Origin: Candidatus Micrarchaeaceae archaeon
Lineage (GTDB): Archaea; Micrarchaeota; Micrarchaeia; Micrarchaeales; CABMGC01
Reading direction: 5' to 3'
Length of the DNA stretch: 35,675 nucleotides
NCBI GenBank assembly: GCA_038730205.1
Contig: JAVYRW010000002.1
Span: forward strand, 1-35,675
Shown here: positions 20,501-27,657 of the stretch, piece by piece
Numbering within the stretch: the stretch's first letter is position 1
Layout of the letters: each line of letters begins with the position of its first letter
Translations under genes and position numbers: made by a program
The notes under the pieces: model-generated
What the model saw: only the letters and a program-made list of their open reading frames with translations
Told to the model about the DNA's origin: nothing
The model's database searches: none

Positions 20501-20778
20501 CTATATCGAATGTTCAATTATATTCTAATACATTATCCACTTCACAAGTTCAAACACTTTATAATGAAGGTATATACGGTTCACCACTTAACTCAAATGT
20601 TGTAGCCTGGTTTAATTTAAATGGTAATTGTTATAATTATACATTTAGTCAATACAATTGTTATTTATCGAGAAATGTTACATATCCCTATTTATATGGT
20701 AATTATAGTGCACCAAATTATCCTATACAAACTGTAGAAAATGGCTATCAGGCACTAGGATACGGTACTAAACCTTAA
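17545..20778 (+). CDS. Type IV prepilin-like (class III signal peptide) surface protein with three LamG/ConA-like lectin-type domains
   Basis: The KKGQ|LFTLTTLILFILMLSVLFSFVFI motif lies near the N-terminus. Three modules each end in the LamG_3 signature: FFNGSLSNIQIYNTSLS, FKGELANAQVYSTLLSPQQIQQMYNAGV and GFNGSISNVQLYSNTLSTSQVQTLYNEGI. Modules begin with W-x-L-x-G-type strands (LVGWWSLNGNTKDLSG, LTGWWPLNDNFNDV). The gene overlaps the upstream gene by 10 nt (ATGGCAATAA). Confidence 0.7.
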   Translation: MAIKNNLFIYLIIFSKSSKKGQLFTLTTLILFILMLSVLFSFVFIETQYYSQQQNIAISSGQLNILQSINTTAREFGSDSSKQALSVLSYYEYNASMRNDNFINNLTLYLHYLISNGTLPNVKSNSPSAAYLSNAMGNLTFSQYNQSLVNYYSSLGIQSVNETNFQISQSNPYTLSLNYIENIIFNQTGIPSKYTLPVNININLTGKYDLFYLQQGILRNINFANINNQTQVITGGYAVSGSNFGEQYGTVVLVTDNSCPSYTTAEESSMILVANQLSGLSSCYNNFEGVITNQSENFLTIPYLIYSQNTVLTNYFLNGTNIELYPKQLEALNIQNLINSVSNNYYFTSPFTSSYIQRASDIVNSSNYGIFNLPNNERTVATFNGLTDIVLSPSANLKVPVSNNGLSINLWVLPGNFEQNNAGLITTGAGCGINLLFATANKIQTTNNCGNFQTGSYQFTPNVWYDIGLTITSGSSPTLSLYVNGNQIVSSATFFSSGTSWTTMYLGSNLGSEFFNGSLSNIQIYNTSLSKPSMFLLYKRNLNGLPISNNGLVGWWSLNGNTKDLSGQNTITTSSTVAFTNKINGLPTINVTYFNGVNSYFSLPAEVFNYITSGSGNTYTSSFAIWFKSTSDGVILGQQNTQVGSSPSGFVPSIYLDTNGILRSSLFWHGSPSDQIVSTTPYNDGNWHLLVDTYSNGIETLYVDGKEIGTDSYPEQSYSSTYFYQLGTGYTSTWPSAQTGWFYFKGELANAQVYSTLLSPQQIQQMYNAGVSSGPISFSGLTGWWPLNDNFNDVINTEPLSYPNGVTFTSLNGSVITSQNDNLNSVKVPGIYCTNEFSCFDSNTGGVYLGNSPLVIGSKLQVAQFKTYSFITANIPLSGNFGLSMWVLPGKTTSEEYPVSFSGVNGITITTSSGINKFVLTDGVNTLSSTSINPMSWYYVAVTKNGNSYTLYLNNTEEGTSNMATIPINNFTLGSLFNLADGFNGSISNVQLYSNTLSTSQVQTLYNEGIYGSPLNSNVVAWFNLNGNCYNYTFSQYNCYLSRNVTYPYLYGNYSAPNYPIQTVENGYQALGYGTKP

Positions 20779-20858
20779 ATAAATTTTACGTATCTCTCTA
20801 AATTAAAAATTACAATATATTTTTTAATTAATGCGATTTATTTATTTTAGTTGATATA

Positions 20859-21731
20859 ATGTTACCGGAATGGTTATCAATAAAGCCTGCATCAACAGAA
20901 AAATATTCTGTAATAAAAGAAACAATTGCAAAAAGAGGTTTGCATACCGTTTGTAGTGATGCTCATTGTCCTAACGCTTCCGAATGTTGGAGTTCTGGCA
21001 CTGCAACTTTTATGGTATTGGGAGGTTTATGTACAAGGGGTTGTAGATTCTGCGCGGTTAAAAAAAGTGCAACTGGCGAAAAACCAAACCTTAATGAACC
21101 ATTTCTACTTGCTAAATCAATAAAAGAGTGGGGTTTAGATTATGTAGTAATAACCTCTGTGTGTAGAGACGATCTTCCAGATCAAGGAGCTTCTCATTTT
21201 GCCAATTGTGTTGTTGAAATAAAAAAACAAAACCCAAATACATTTGTAGAGTTGTTAATACCTGATTTTTCTGGAGATATTTCATTATTAAAAGTGATAA
21301 CTGATTCAAAACCTGATGTTATAGGTAATAACTTAGAGACGGTAAGAAATTTATCCAAAAAAATTCGTGATAAAAGGGCCGATTATGATCAAACACTTTC
21401 GTTATTAAAAAATATTAAGAAATTAAATAATAAAATATTTACAAAATCTGCAATAATGTTGGGAATGGGAGAAACTTCAAATGAAATACTAGAAACCATG
21501 GAAGATTTGCGCAATAATAAAGTTGATTTTCTTGCAATGGGCCAGTATCTACGCCCGTCTCAATTTCATACAGAGGTAAAAGAGTATGTAACTCCTGAAA
21601 AATTTTCATACTTTAAAAAAATAGCAGAAGAAAAAGGATTTTTATTTGTTGCCTCAGGCCCTTTCGTAAGAAGTTCTTACAAAGCAGGAGAGTTCTTTAT
21701 AAAAAGTTTAAAAAACACAAATTATCTATAA
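20859..21731 (+). CDS. lipA: Lipoyl synthase (radical SAM)
   Basis: The auxiliary cluster motif is CSDAHCPNASEC (Cx4Cx5C), the radical-SAM motif is CTRGCRFC (Cx3Cx2C), and the C-terminal RSSY motif is present (FVRSSYKA). Confidence 0.9.
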   Translation: MLPEWLSIKPASTEKYSVIKETIAKRGLHTVCSDAHCPNASECWSSGTATFMVLGGLCTRGCRFCAVKKSATGEKPNLNEPFLLAKSIKEWGLDYVVITSVCRDDLPDQGASHFANCVVEIKKQNPNTFVELLIPDFSGDISLLKVITDSKPDVIGNNLETVRNLSKKIRDKRADYDQTLSLLKNIKKLNNKIFTKSAIMLGMGETSNEILETMEDLRNNKVDFLAMGQYLRPSQFHTEVKEYVTPEKFSYFKKIAEEKGFLFVASGPFVRSSYKAGEFFIKSLKNTNYL

Positions 21732-22468
21732 AAATTCCATTCTTTACTTTTATATTTTTTAATTAATTCTTTTGTTTCTTTTTCTTCTTGCTCATTTAAT
21801 TTTCCAAAATATGTCTCTTTATTTTTTGTAAATGAGTTAAGAATTGATTCGTATAAATTATCAAAAGTAATATTCGGATTCTCATTTGTTACTGATGTAA
21901 CCCTATCTTCAACATTAGTTATCATTTTATCCGATATTTTTTCTTTACTAACATTAAGTAAAGAAAACATTTTTAATAAATTCAATTTATATAATATAGT
22001 TCCGTGTTGGAGAACAACCCCGTTTTTTCTAGATTGAGCATTTCCAGATATTTTTTTATTACCAACAATTATATCATTTATAGGAACAAAAGTAGACCTA
22101 ACTCCTAAATTATTTAAACCCTCAATTAAATAACTACAAATTTCTTTGTAACTTTCTCTTATTCCTTTTGAAAATAACTCTTCATTTCCTATTATGCTAT
22201 AAGTTAACTCACCATCAGAATCATGAAATACTGCTCCGCCTCCAGTTATTCTTCTTACATATTCAATCCCAGAATTATTACAATTTATTATGTTCACTTC
22301 TTCTTCCATACTTTGAAATCTACCTATTGAAACTGCACTAGGGTTCCATTTATAAAATCTTATTGTAGGTTCTGATATTTTTTCTGAAATACCATTGGAT
22401 ATCGCTTCATCTATAGCCATATTTTCATAACATGAAAATGATCCTAATTTTAATACTCTCCATTTCAT
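21722..22468 (-). CDS. lplA: Lipoate-protein ligase A, catalytic domain only
   Basis: The BPL/LplA/LipB-type core is RRITGGGAVFHDSDGELTYS with the lysine region GNKKISGNAQ. At 248 aa it lacks the LplA C-terminal domain. Its 3' end overlaps the lipA 3' end by 10 nt (convergent). Confidence 0.85.
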   Translation of the reverse strand: MKWRVLKLGSFSCYENMAIDEAISNGISEKISEPTIRFYKWNPSAVSIGRFQSMEEEVNIINCNNSGIEYVRRITGGGAVFHDSDGELTYSIIGNEELFSKGIRESYKEICSYLIEGLNNLGVRSTFVPINDIIVGNKKISGNAQSRKNGVVLQHGTILYKLNLLKMFSLLNVSKEKISDKMITNVEDRVTSVTNENPNITFDNLYESILNSFTKNKETYFGKLNEQEEKETKELIKKYKSKEWNFYR

Positions 22469-22740
22469 TCTTTCATCTCTAGAATGGCATTTGTTATTGA
22501 AATATTATCAATACCAATAATCTCTATATTATTTTTTTCTAAACATAATTTTATTTGTAATTCAATTTTACTTCTTTCAATAGCACAACCGATTAAACTT
22601 TTTTCTAAAAGTTCTAAACCATTATCAGGATAAACAAAAAAATCTCCTAAAATCTTTATATTATCTATTTTATCTGAAAAATCTAATCTAATCTCAAAAA
22701 GTTTCCCATTTTTAATTTTATATTTTTTAACTTTATACAT
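22465..22740 (-). CDS. lplB: Stand-alone lipoate-protein ligase C-terminal domain protein (LplB-like)
   Basis: The 91-aa product contains GKLFEIRLDFSDKIDNIKILGDFFVYP, typical of the LplA C-terminal domain. It lies immediately upstream of lplA with an ATGA stop/start overlap (22465-22468), the split arrangement known from Thermoplasma acidophilum. Confidence 0.7.
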   Translation of the reverse strand: MYKVKKYKIKNGKLFEIRLDFSDKIDNIKILGDFFVYPDNGLELLEKSLIGCAIERSKIELQIKLCLEKNNIEIIGIDNISITNAILEMKE

Positions 22741-22801
22741 ACATTTTATAAGTATTCACAACATTATTTAACTTTTTTCTTACAAATATTACTGTGATAT
22801 A

Positions 22802-23164
22802 ATGATGCCTAATATGGACCCTAGAATGTTAAAAAGAATGATGGACAGTATGGGTATTAAAAACACCAACATAAATGTAATTAGAGTTATTTTAGAATGT
22901 CCAGATAAAGATATAATTATAGAAGGTCCGGATGTTTCAATAATAGAAGCTCAAGGAACAAAAACATATCAAATTACTAGTGGAAAAATATCTGAAAAAG
23001 ATAAATCAAAATTAGAAATAAGCGAAGATGATATACATTTTGTTGGAGAGCAAACTGGGGTTTCAGATACAGATGAAATAAAAAAAGCAATTGAAAACTC
23101 TAATGGCGACATTGCACAAGCAATATTACTATTAAAAAACGAAAGTAAAGATACTGCGGGTTAA
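22802..23164 (+). CDS. nac: Nascent polypeptide-associated complex protein (archaeal NAC, NAC + UBA domains)
   Basis: The N-terminus reads NMDPRMLKRMMDSMGIK. The NAC beta-barrel segment is VIRVILECPDKDIIIEGPDVSIIEAQGTKTYQI. A C-terminal UBA-like segment is EIKKAIENSNGDIAQAILLL. Confidence 0.85.
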   Translation: MMPNMDPRMLKRMMDSMGIKNTNINVIRVILECPDKDIIIEGPDVSIIEAQGTKTYQITSGKISEKDKSKLEISEDDIHFVGEQTGVSDTDEIKKAIENSNGDIAQAILLLKNESKDTAG

Positions 23165-23172
23165 TTACTTAA

Positions 23173-23493
23173 TTACTTGCCTAATATCCTATAAATCTGT
23201 AATGAAGGTATATTATCTATTTTTATTACTTCACTTCCATCTGCTAAACCTGCCTTTATTATTACACTCACGGCTTCATTTCCAACTATATTTCCTGTAT
23301 ATAAATAAACATCTTTTAGCATTTCCAGTGCTTTTACAGTTTCTACTAACTCTCCTTTGTAAAAGTTTGAATATTTTTTTAAATCTATTACCGTGCCAGT
23401 TTTTTTATCTTTATAAACATTGCCAATTATTTTTTCATCACACATAGCAATCATGTCTCCATTTTCTGTTCTGTGTTTTTTAAAATAAATCAT
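23173..23493 (-). CDS. DUF424 (COG2412) family protein
   Basis: The 106-aa product has FKKHRTENGDMIAMCDEKIIG ... FYKGELVE ... NIVGNEAV ... IDNIPSLQIY, matching the conserved archaeal DUF424 pattern. It lies 4 nt downstream of the GT2 gene on the same strand. Confidence 0.7.
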   Translation of the reverse strand: MIYFKKHRTENGDMIAMCDEKIIGNVYKDKKTGTVIDLKKYSNFYKGELVETVKALEMLKDVYLYTGNIVGNEAVSVIIKAGLADGSEVIKIDNIPSLQIYRILGK

Positions 23494-23497
23494 TTAT

Positions 23498-25051
23498 TTA
23501 CCTATATTTATAAAACATAAATAATGTGGAGATATATAAAAAGCCGTACCATAACAACCATATTCCTCCAAATATATTGTTTATAAGAATTGCAAAAATA
23601 CTAAATATAAAAAGCATAACAGAAAAAGTAATCTCAAAAACAGAATTTCTTAATGCATAAATAATCTTTCCGTATTTATTATTTTTTGAATGTCTATCCC
23701 ATATTACGTTATATTTTTTTCTAAATATTGCAGAAAAAGCAGCTTTAGCTCTTACAAAAGAAAGTGCAAAATTCAATAAAAATATCATAAATCCTTTCTT
23801 AATTGAATTGAAATATATTTTTGTTATTATTATTGGTGCTATTATTGAAACAAAAAGGGCTCCAACGCCTAATAACTCTAAATCAAAACTAATATACTGA
23901 GATGTAAATATATTTGAAATGTTTAATTGAGAAACAGGTAATTGTGAAAAAACTATCATTATTGATATTAAAGTGAACAATATTAACATTACCGATATAT
24001 AATTCAGTCCAAAGCCATGTGTCATGTAATCGACATTAGATAAAGGCGAAAGTGCTTTTTTAGTGTTATACCTTGTTCTCTTTATAAAATACCCCAAGAA
24101 TTGTGTGTCCCCATAATTATATCTCCACTGCTGTTTTACTAATTCAGTAAAGCTTTCAATAGGTTTTCCTAACGCATAAATTTTTGGTATGTATAAACTT
24201 TTAAATCCTTGTATATCTGATTCAAAACTAAAGAATGTGTCTTCTATAACATACTCTGGAAATCCACCTATTTTTTTAAGTAACTCCGTTCTTATTAAAC
24301 CACAAGAACCTGCAAATATTGCTGTATTATTAAGTGCCCTAGATGGTTGTATAAATTTAAAGAAAAACGCATCGAATAAATCTATAGTATCTGAGAAAAA
24401 TGTGTGTTTTTTGTATCTTTTTTCTGTTTGTATATAGGCTAATTTACTATCTTCAAAATAAGGCAATAAATCTAATAAGAAATTTTTATTAGTTAAATAT
24501 TCATCATAATCAAATATTGCTAAATATTCTTCTTTTAAATCTTTCAATAAATTATTCAATGCACCTGCTTTGTAACCCTTTCTATCTGTTCTATGTATAT
24601 ACTTATAATTGTATTTTAAAGAGGATTTTTTAATATCAGAAGCCTTTTTAATATTTGTAGAATCATCTAACATATAAAAATTAATTTTATCTTTAGGATA
24701 ATTTAGTTCTAATAATCTTTTTATGTTTTTGTCTACTTCTTTAGGATTTTCATTAAAAACTGCAATTGCAACTGCAATTTTAGGAAAATCTTTAATTGGT
24801 TTCAAAGTCTTTTGTATTTTTTTAAGATACTTTGCGTATAAATACGATCTATAATATGAGTAAGCGGTAAATGTATTAAAAAGACCAGCAACTATTGATA
24901 ATATTAAATAAGAAAAGGCAAGAAAATAACTGTAAGCATTATTCGCATTATTTATTAGATAAATTGAGAATCCAAAACCGAATATAGTTAATGAAGCAAA
25001 CACTACAACTGCAAAAATCCTACCAAACAACTCCTTTCTAGAACTTTTCAT
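23498..25051 (-). CDS. Membrane-integrated family-2 glycosyltransferase, processive beta-glycan synthase type
   Basis: There are two N-terminal and several C-terminal TM helices. GT-A motifs occur in order: AVFNENPKEV, YMLDDSTN, KGYKAGALNN, FDYDEY (DxD), VIEDTFFS (ED) and KQQWRYNYG (QxxRW-like with Tyr in place of Trp). Confidence 0.8.
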   Translation of the reverse strand: MKSSRKELFGRIFAVVVFASLTIFGFGFSIYLINNANNAYSYFLAFSYLILSIVAGLFNTFTAYSYYRSYLYAKYLKKIQKTLKPIKDFPKIAVAIAVFNENPKEVDKNIKRLLELNYPKDKINFYMLDDSTNIKKASDIKKSSLKYNYKYIHRTDRKGYKAGALNNLLKDLKEEYLAIFDYDEYLTNKNFLLDLLPYFEDSKLAYIQTEKRYKKHTFFSDTIDLFDAFFFKFIQPSRALNNTAIFAGSCGLIRTELLKKIGGFPEYVIEDTFFSFESDIQGFKSLYIPKIYALGKPIESFTELVKQQWRYNYGDTQFLGYFIKRTRYNTKKALSPLSNVDYMTHGFGLNYISVMLILFTLISIMIVFSQLPVSQLNISNIFTSQYISFDLELLGVGALFVSIIAPIIITKIYFNSIKKGFMIFLLNFALSFVRAKAAFSAIFRKKYNVIWDRHSKNNKYGKIIYALRNSVFEITFSVMLFIFSIFAILINNIFGGIWLLWYGFLYISTLFMFYKYR

Positions 25052-25100
25052 AATACTTCCTGTTATACTGCTAAAATATATTCTTATTTAAATGTGAAGA

Positions 25101-25108
25101 TATATATT
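25101..25108 (+). promoter_or_regulatory. Candidate TATA box (TATATATT) for tRNA-Ser, in a spacer shared with the divergent GT2 gene
   Basis: It is centred about 30 nt upstream of the tRNA 5' end at 25134. The spacer is AT-rich, so this is weak evidence. Confidence 0.3.
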
Positions 25109-25133
25109 AATAAAGTTATTTAAAATATTCACT

Positions 25134-25256
25134 GCCGGGGTGGCGGAATCCGGTAACGCGCCGGTCTCGAGATTCAAATCACGAGAGCTGATCTATGATG
25201 CGAACAAGGCAACCGGTTTCCTTCTGGAATTTAGGGTTCAAATCCCTACCCCGGCG
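25134..25256 (+). tRNA. tRNA-Ser (anticodon CGA), class II, with a 39-nt intron at or near position 37/38
   Basis: The fold was done by hand. Acceptor is GCCGGGG/CCCCGGC with discriminator G. The D-stem is 3 bp (GCG/CGC). Anticodon stem is CCGGT/ACCGG with loop CTCGAGA (CGA at 25168-25170). A long variable arm has a TTCC/GGAA stem. The T-arm is TAGGG-TTCAAAT-CCCTA. Mature length is 84 nt. Confidence 0.88.
25172..25210 (+). other. tRNA-Ser intron (39 nt)
   Basis: This is the sequence between G37 (25171) and A38 (25211). The central BHB helix is imperfect, with CTCG/CAAG pairing at 3 of 4 positions. Confidence 0.7.
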
Positions 25257-25299
25257 AAAAATACTTAAAATTACAACAAATCTATTGCAGTTTTATATT

Positions 25300-26358
25300 T
25301 TATCTAAAAAGTAGCTGAATTTCATCTTTTTTATCTGAGAATGCTTTTGTTATGGGCTCCATTATCTTTATCAAACTATTAGATACAGCATTTTTAAGAT
25401 CTGCCGGATGTATTTTTTTATTTTCAAACTCCTTTTCCAATAAAGAATAACTTTCAAATTCTAAATTTCCTCCATACTTTTCAGGTCTTTCAATTTTTAA
25501 TTTTCCTAGCGTTGGCATAATTATGTATTTACATAATCCTAAAATTGGATTCTCATTTATAATACCTTCAGGGCACCATCCTCCGCTGATTATTTTTCTA
25601 ACTTCTTTTTCATCAGAAAGTATCGGTATCGAAGAACCTGGTTTTGATTTACTCATTTTCATTGCAGTAACTATCTCTTCTTTATCTGCGCTTTCTTGTA
25701 CTTTCGGTGGTTCAAGAAGAGATTGTATTAAATGTGTATGCATCAATGCTAATGGTTTTTTATCATTTAAATCTTTGAAAACTTCTCTTGCAAGCATATG
25801 TACCTTTCTCTGATCCATGCCTGCATGCGCAACATCAGCTCCAAAGGCTCTTATATCAGCTACCTGCATTATAGGATAAATATATTGTGAAACGTATAAA
25901 GTGTCTTTCTCACTTCTTCCTTGAATTATCAATGTACGTGTAGCTCTAGCCATGGTTGTCTTTGTAGCTATTTTCATAACCTCTTTCCAATACTCATTAT
26001 TATTGTTGTATAAATCTGAACCTAGCGTAATTCTACTTGATGGACATGCAATAGAAAAAAGTTTTTTGTAAAACTCACTTGCCTTTTTTATTTTTTCCCA
26101 ATCCCCTCCTAATTTCTGATTAGCAACTGTATGCCAATCAGCTAGAAGAATATTAGTTTCAAAACCTATTTTAGCTAAATCATTTATTTTTTTCCCTGCA
26201 CATAAAATATGTCCTATATGTGGCATGCCACTTATTTCTAAACCAAAATAATGAACTGGTTTAGTTTTTGTTTCAAGTATCTGTATTAAATCTTGTTCTG
26301 TAACTATCTCTTCAGTAGGTTGTGACTTAATTATTTCTAATTTACTTTGAATATCCAT
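25300..26358 (-). CDS. tyrS: Tyrosyl-tRNA synthetase, archaeal type
   Basis: The HIGH motif is MPHIGH and the KMSKS motif is exact. YPIMQVADI, GMDQRKVHMLARE and RPEKYGGNLEFESY..LEKEFENKKIHPADLKNAV closely parallel the Methanocaldococcus jannaschii TyrRS sequence as I remember it. Confidence 0.88.
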   Translation of the reverse strand: MDIQSKLEIIKSQPTEEIVTEQDLIQILETKTKPVHYFGLEISGMPHIGHILCAGKKINDLAKIGFETNILLADWHTVANQKLGGDWEKIKKASEFYKKLFSIACPSSRITLGSDLYNNNNEYWKEVMKIATKTTMARATRTLIIQGRSEKDTLYVSQYIYPIMQVADIRAFGADVAHAGMDQRKVHMLAREVFKDLNDKKPLALMHTHLIQSLLEPPKVQESADKEEIVTAMKMSKSKPGSSIPILSDEKEVRKIISGGWCPEGIINENPILGLCKYIIMPTLGKLKIERPEKYGGNLEFESYSLLEKEFENKKIHPADLKNAVSNSLIKIMEPITKAFSDKKDEIQLLFR

Positions 26359-26486
26359 TTGTATCAGTATTTTAAGAATGATATCTCTTATAAACTTTTT
26401 CTTTAAAAAACCATTTACAGTAAAGTTTTTAAAATCTGCAAATCTTTTTATGTTTTTGTTTGTATATATTAAAAAAGGCGACTTTA

Positions 26487-27560
26487 ATGGCTAATAAAGA
26501 ATTTGTTTCACAAGATGATGAAGAGCTACTTAAATTTATTGAATCAGCTAAACCAAAAATATATGTTGTTGGTGCCGGTGGTTCTGGTTCAAACACAATA
26601 AACCGCATATCTGAAATAAACATAGAGGGAATTAATCTAATAGCTATGAATACAGATGCATCACATTTAGCTAAAATAAAATCAAATAGAAAGGTGCTTA
26701 TAGGTAAAAAAATAACTAGAGGTTTAGGTGCAGGAAGCGATCCAAAACTAGGAGAAGAATCAGCTATAGAAAGCAAAGAAGAGATAAAACATGTAATTAA
26801 TGATGCTCAGTTAGTTTTCATAACTGGTGGTATGGGGGGTGGTACCGGTACAGGTTCCGCACCAATAATTGCCCATGAAGCAAAAGAAGCAGGAGCTTTA
26901 ACTGTTGCAATAGTAACACTTCCTTTTTCAAGTGAAGGCAAAACACGTTTAAGAAATGCTCTTGAAGGTCTATCTAGATTAAAAAGAGTTACAGATACTA
27001 CAATAATTATACCTAATGATAAATTACTTGCAGTAGCTCCTGATCTTCCGTTAAATATGGCATTTAGAATAAGTGATGAAATATTGGCTAATGCTACGAA
27101 AGGAATAATAGAAATGGTAACTAAACCAGGAATGGTTAACTTAGACTTTGCAGATTTGAGAAGTGTACTTAAAGATTCTGGTTATGCTGTAATTGGCATA
27201 GGCGAGGCTAACTCTACACAAACAAACGATCGTGCTTCAGTTGCAATAAATAATACTTTAAGTAGTCCTCTTTTAGATGTAGATCTTTCAACAGCTAAAA
27301 AAGCTCTTGTCAATATTATAGGAGGAGAAGATTTGACATTAAGAGAAGCGGAAAAGATTTTCCAAGAAGTAGCTGCACGTATAAGTGAAGATGCAATGAT
27401 GAAGTGGGGAGCAAGAATTGATCCTACAATGCAAAAAAGCGCAATAAAAATTATGGTAGTTTTAGGCGGAGTAGAGTTTGCTGATTACTCTGACGTTGGT
27501 ATAAAAAAGAAGTTAGAAGAGTCTAAAAATGTAGATTTGGATAAAATATTTGAAGAGTAA
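26487..27560 (+). CDS. ftsZ: Cell division GTPase FtsZ
   Basis: The N-terminal GTP-binding segment is VVGAGGSGSNTINR and the tubulin signature is GGMGGGTGTGSAP. NTDASHL and the T7-loop region are also present. The ORF track starts at TTG 26460, but the ATG at 26487 (MANKEF) is preferred. Confidence 0.92.
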   Translation: MANKEFVSQDDEELLKFIESAKPKIYVVGAGGSGSNTINRISEINIEGINLIAMNTDASHLAKIKSNRKVLIGKKITRGLGAGSDPKLGEESAIESKEEIKHVINDAQLVFITGGMGGGTGTGSAPIIAHEAKEAGALTVAIVTLPFSSEGKTRLRNALEGLSRLKRVTDTTIIIPNDKLLAVAPDLPLNMAFRISDEILANATKGIIEMVTKPGMVNLDFADLRSVLKDSGYAVIGIGEANSTQTNDRASVAINNTLSSPLLDVDLSTAKKALVNIIGGEDLTLREAEKIFQEVAARISEDAMMKWGARIDPTMQKSAIKIMVVLGGVEFADYSDVGIKKKLEESKNVDLDKIFEE

Positions 27561-27657
27561 TGAATAAATCAAGTTAAAAACATAAAAAAATTCTTTGCTA
27601 TAATAACAAAAGTTATAGCAAAACATTATTAAATTCTTTTATTATATAATTAAATTT

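Noticed and set aside
26429-26776. A 115-aa minus-strand ORF spanning the tyrS-ftsZ spacer and the ftsZ 5' end.
   Set aside because: It overlaps the strongly supported FtsZ N-terminal GTP-binding region in antisense. No motifs or promoter logic support it.
27597-27619. A 7-bp inverted repeat GCTATAA-N9-TTATAGC just downstream of ftsZ, as a possible terminator hairpin.
   Set aside because: Archaeal termination mainly uses oligo-T tracts. A short AT-rich stem such as this is expected by chance in this composition, and I could not assess conservation.
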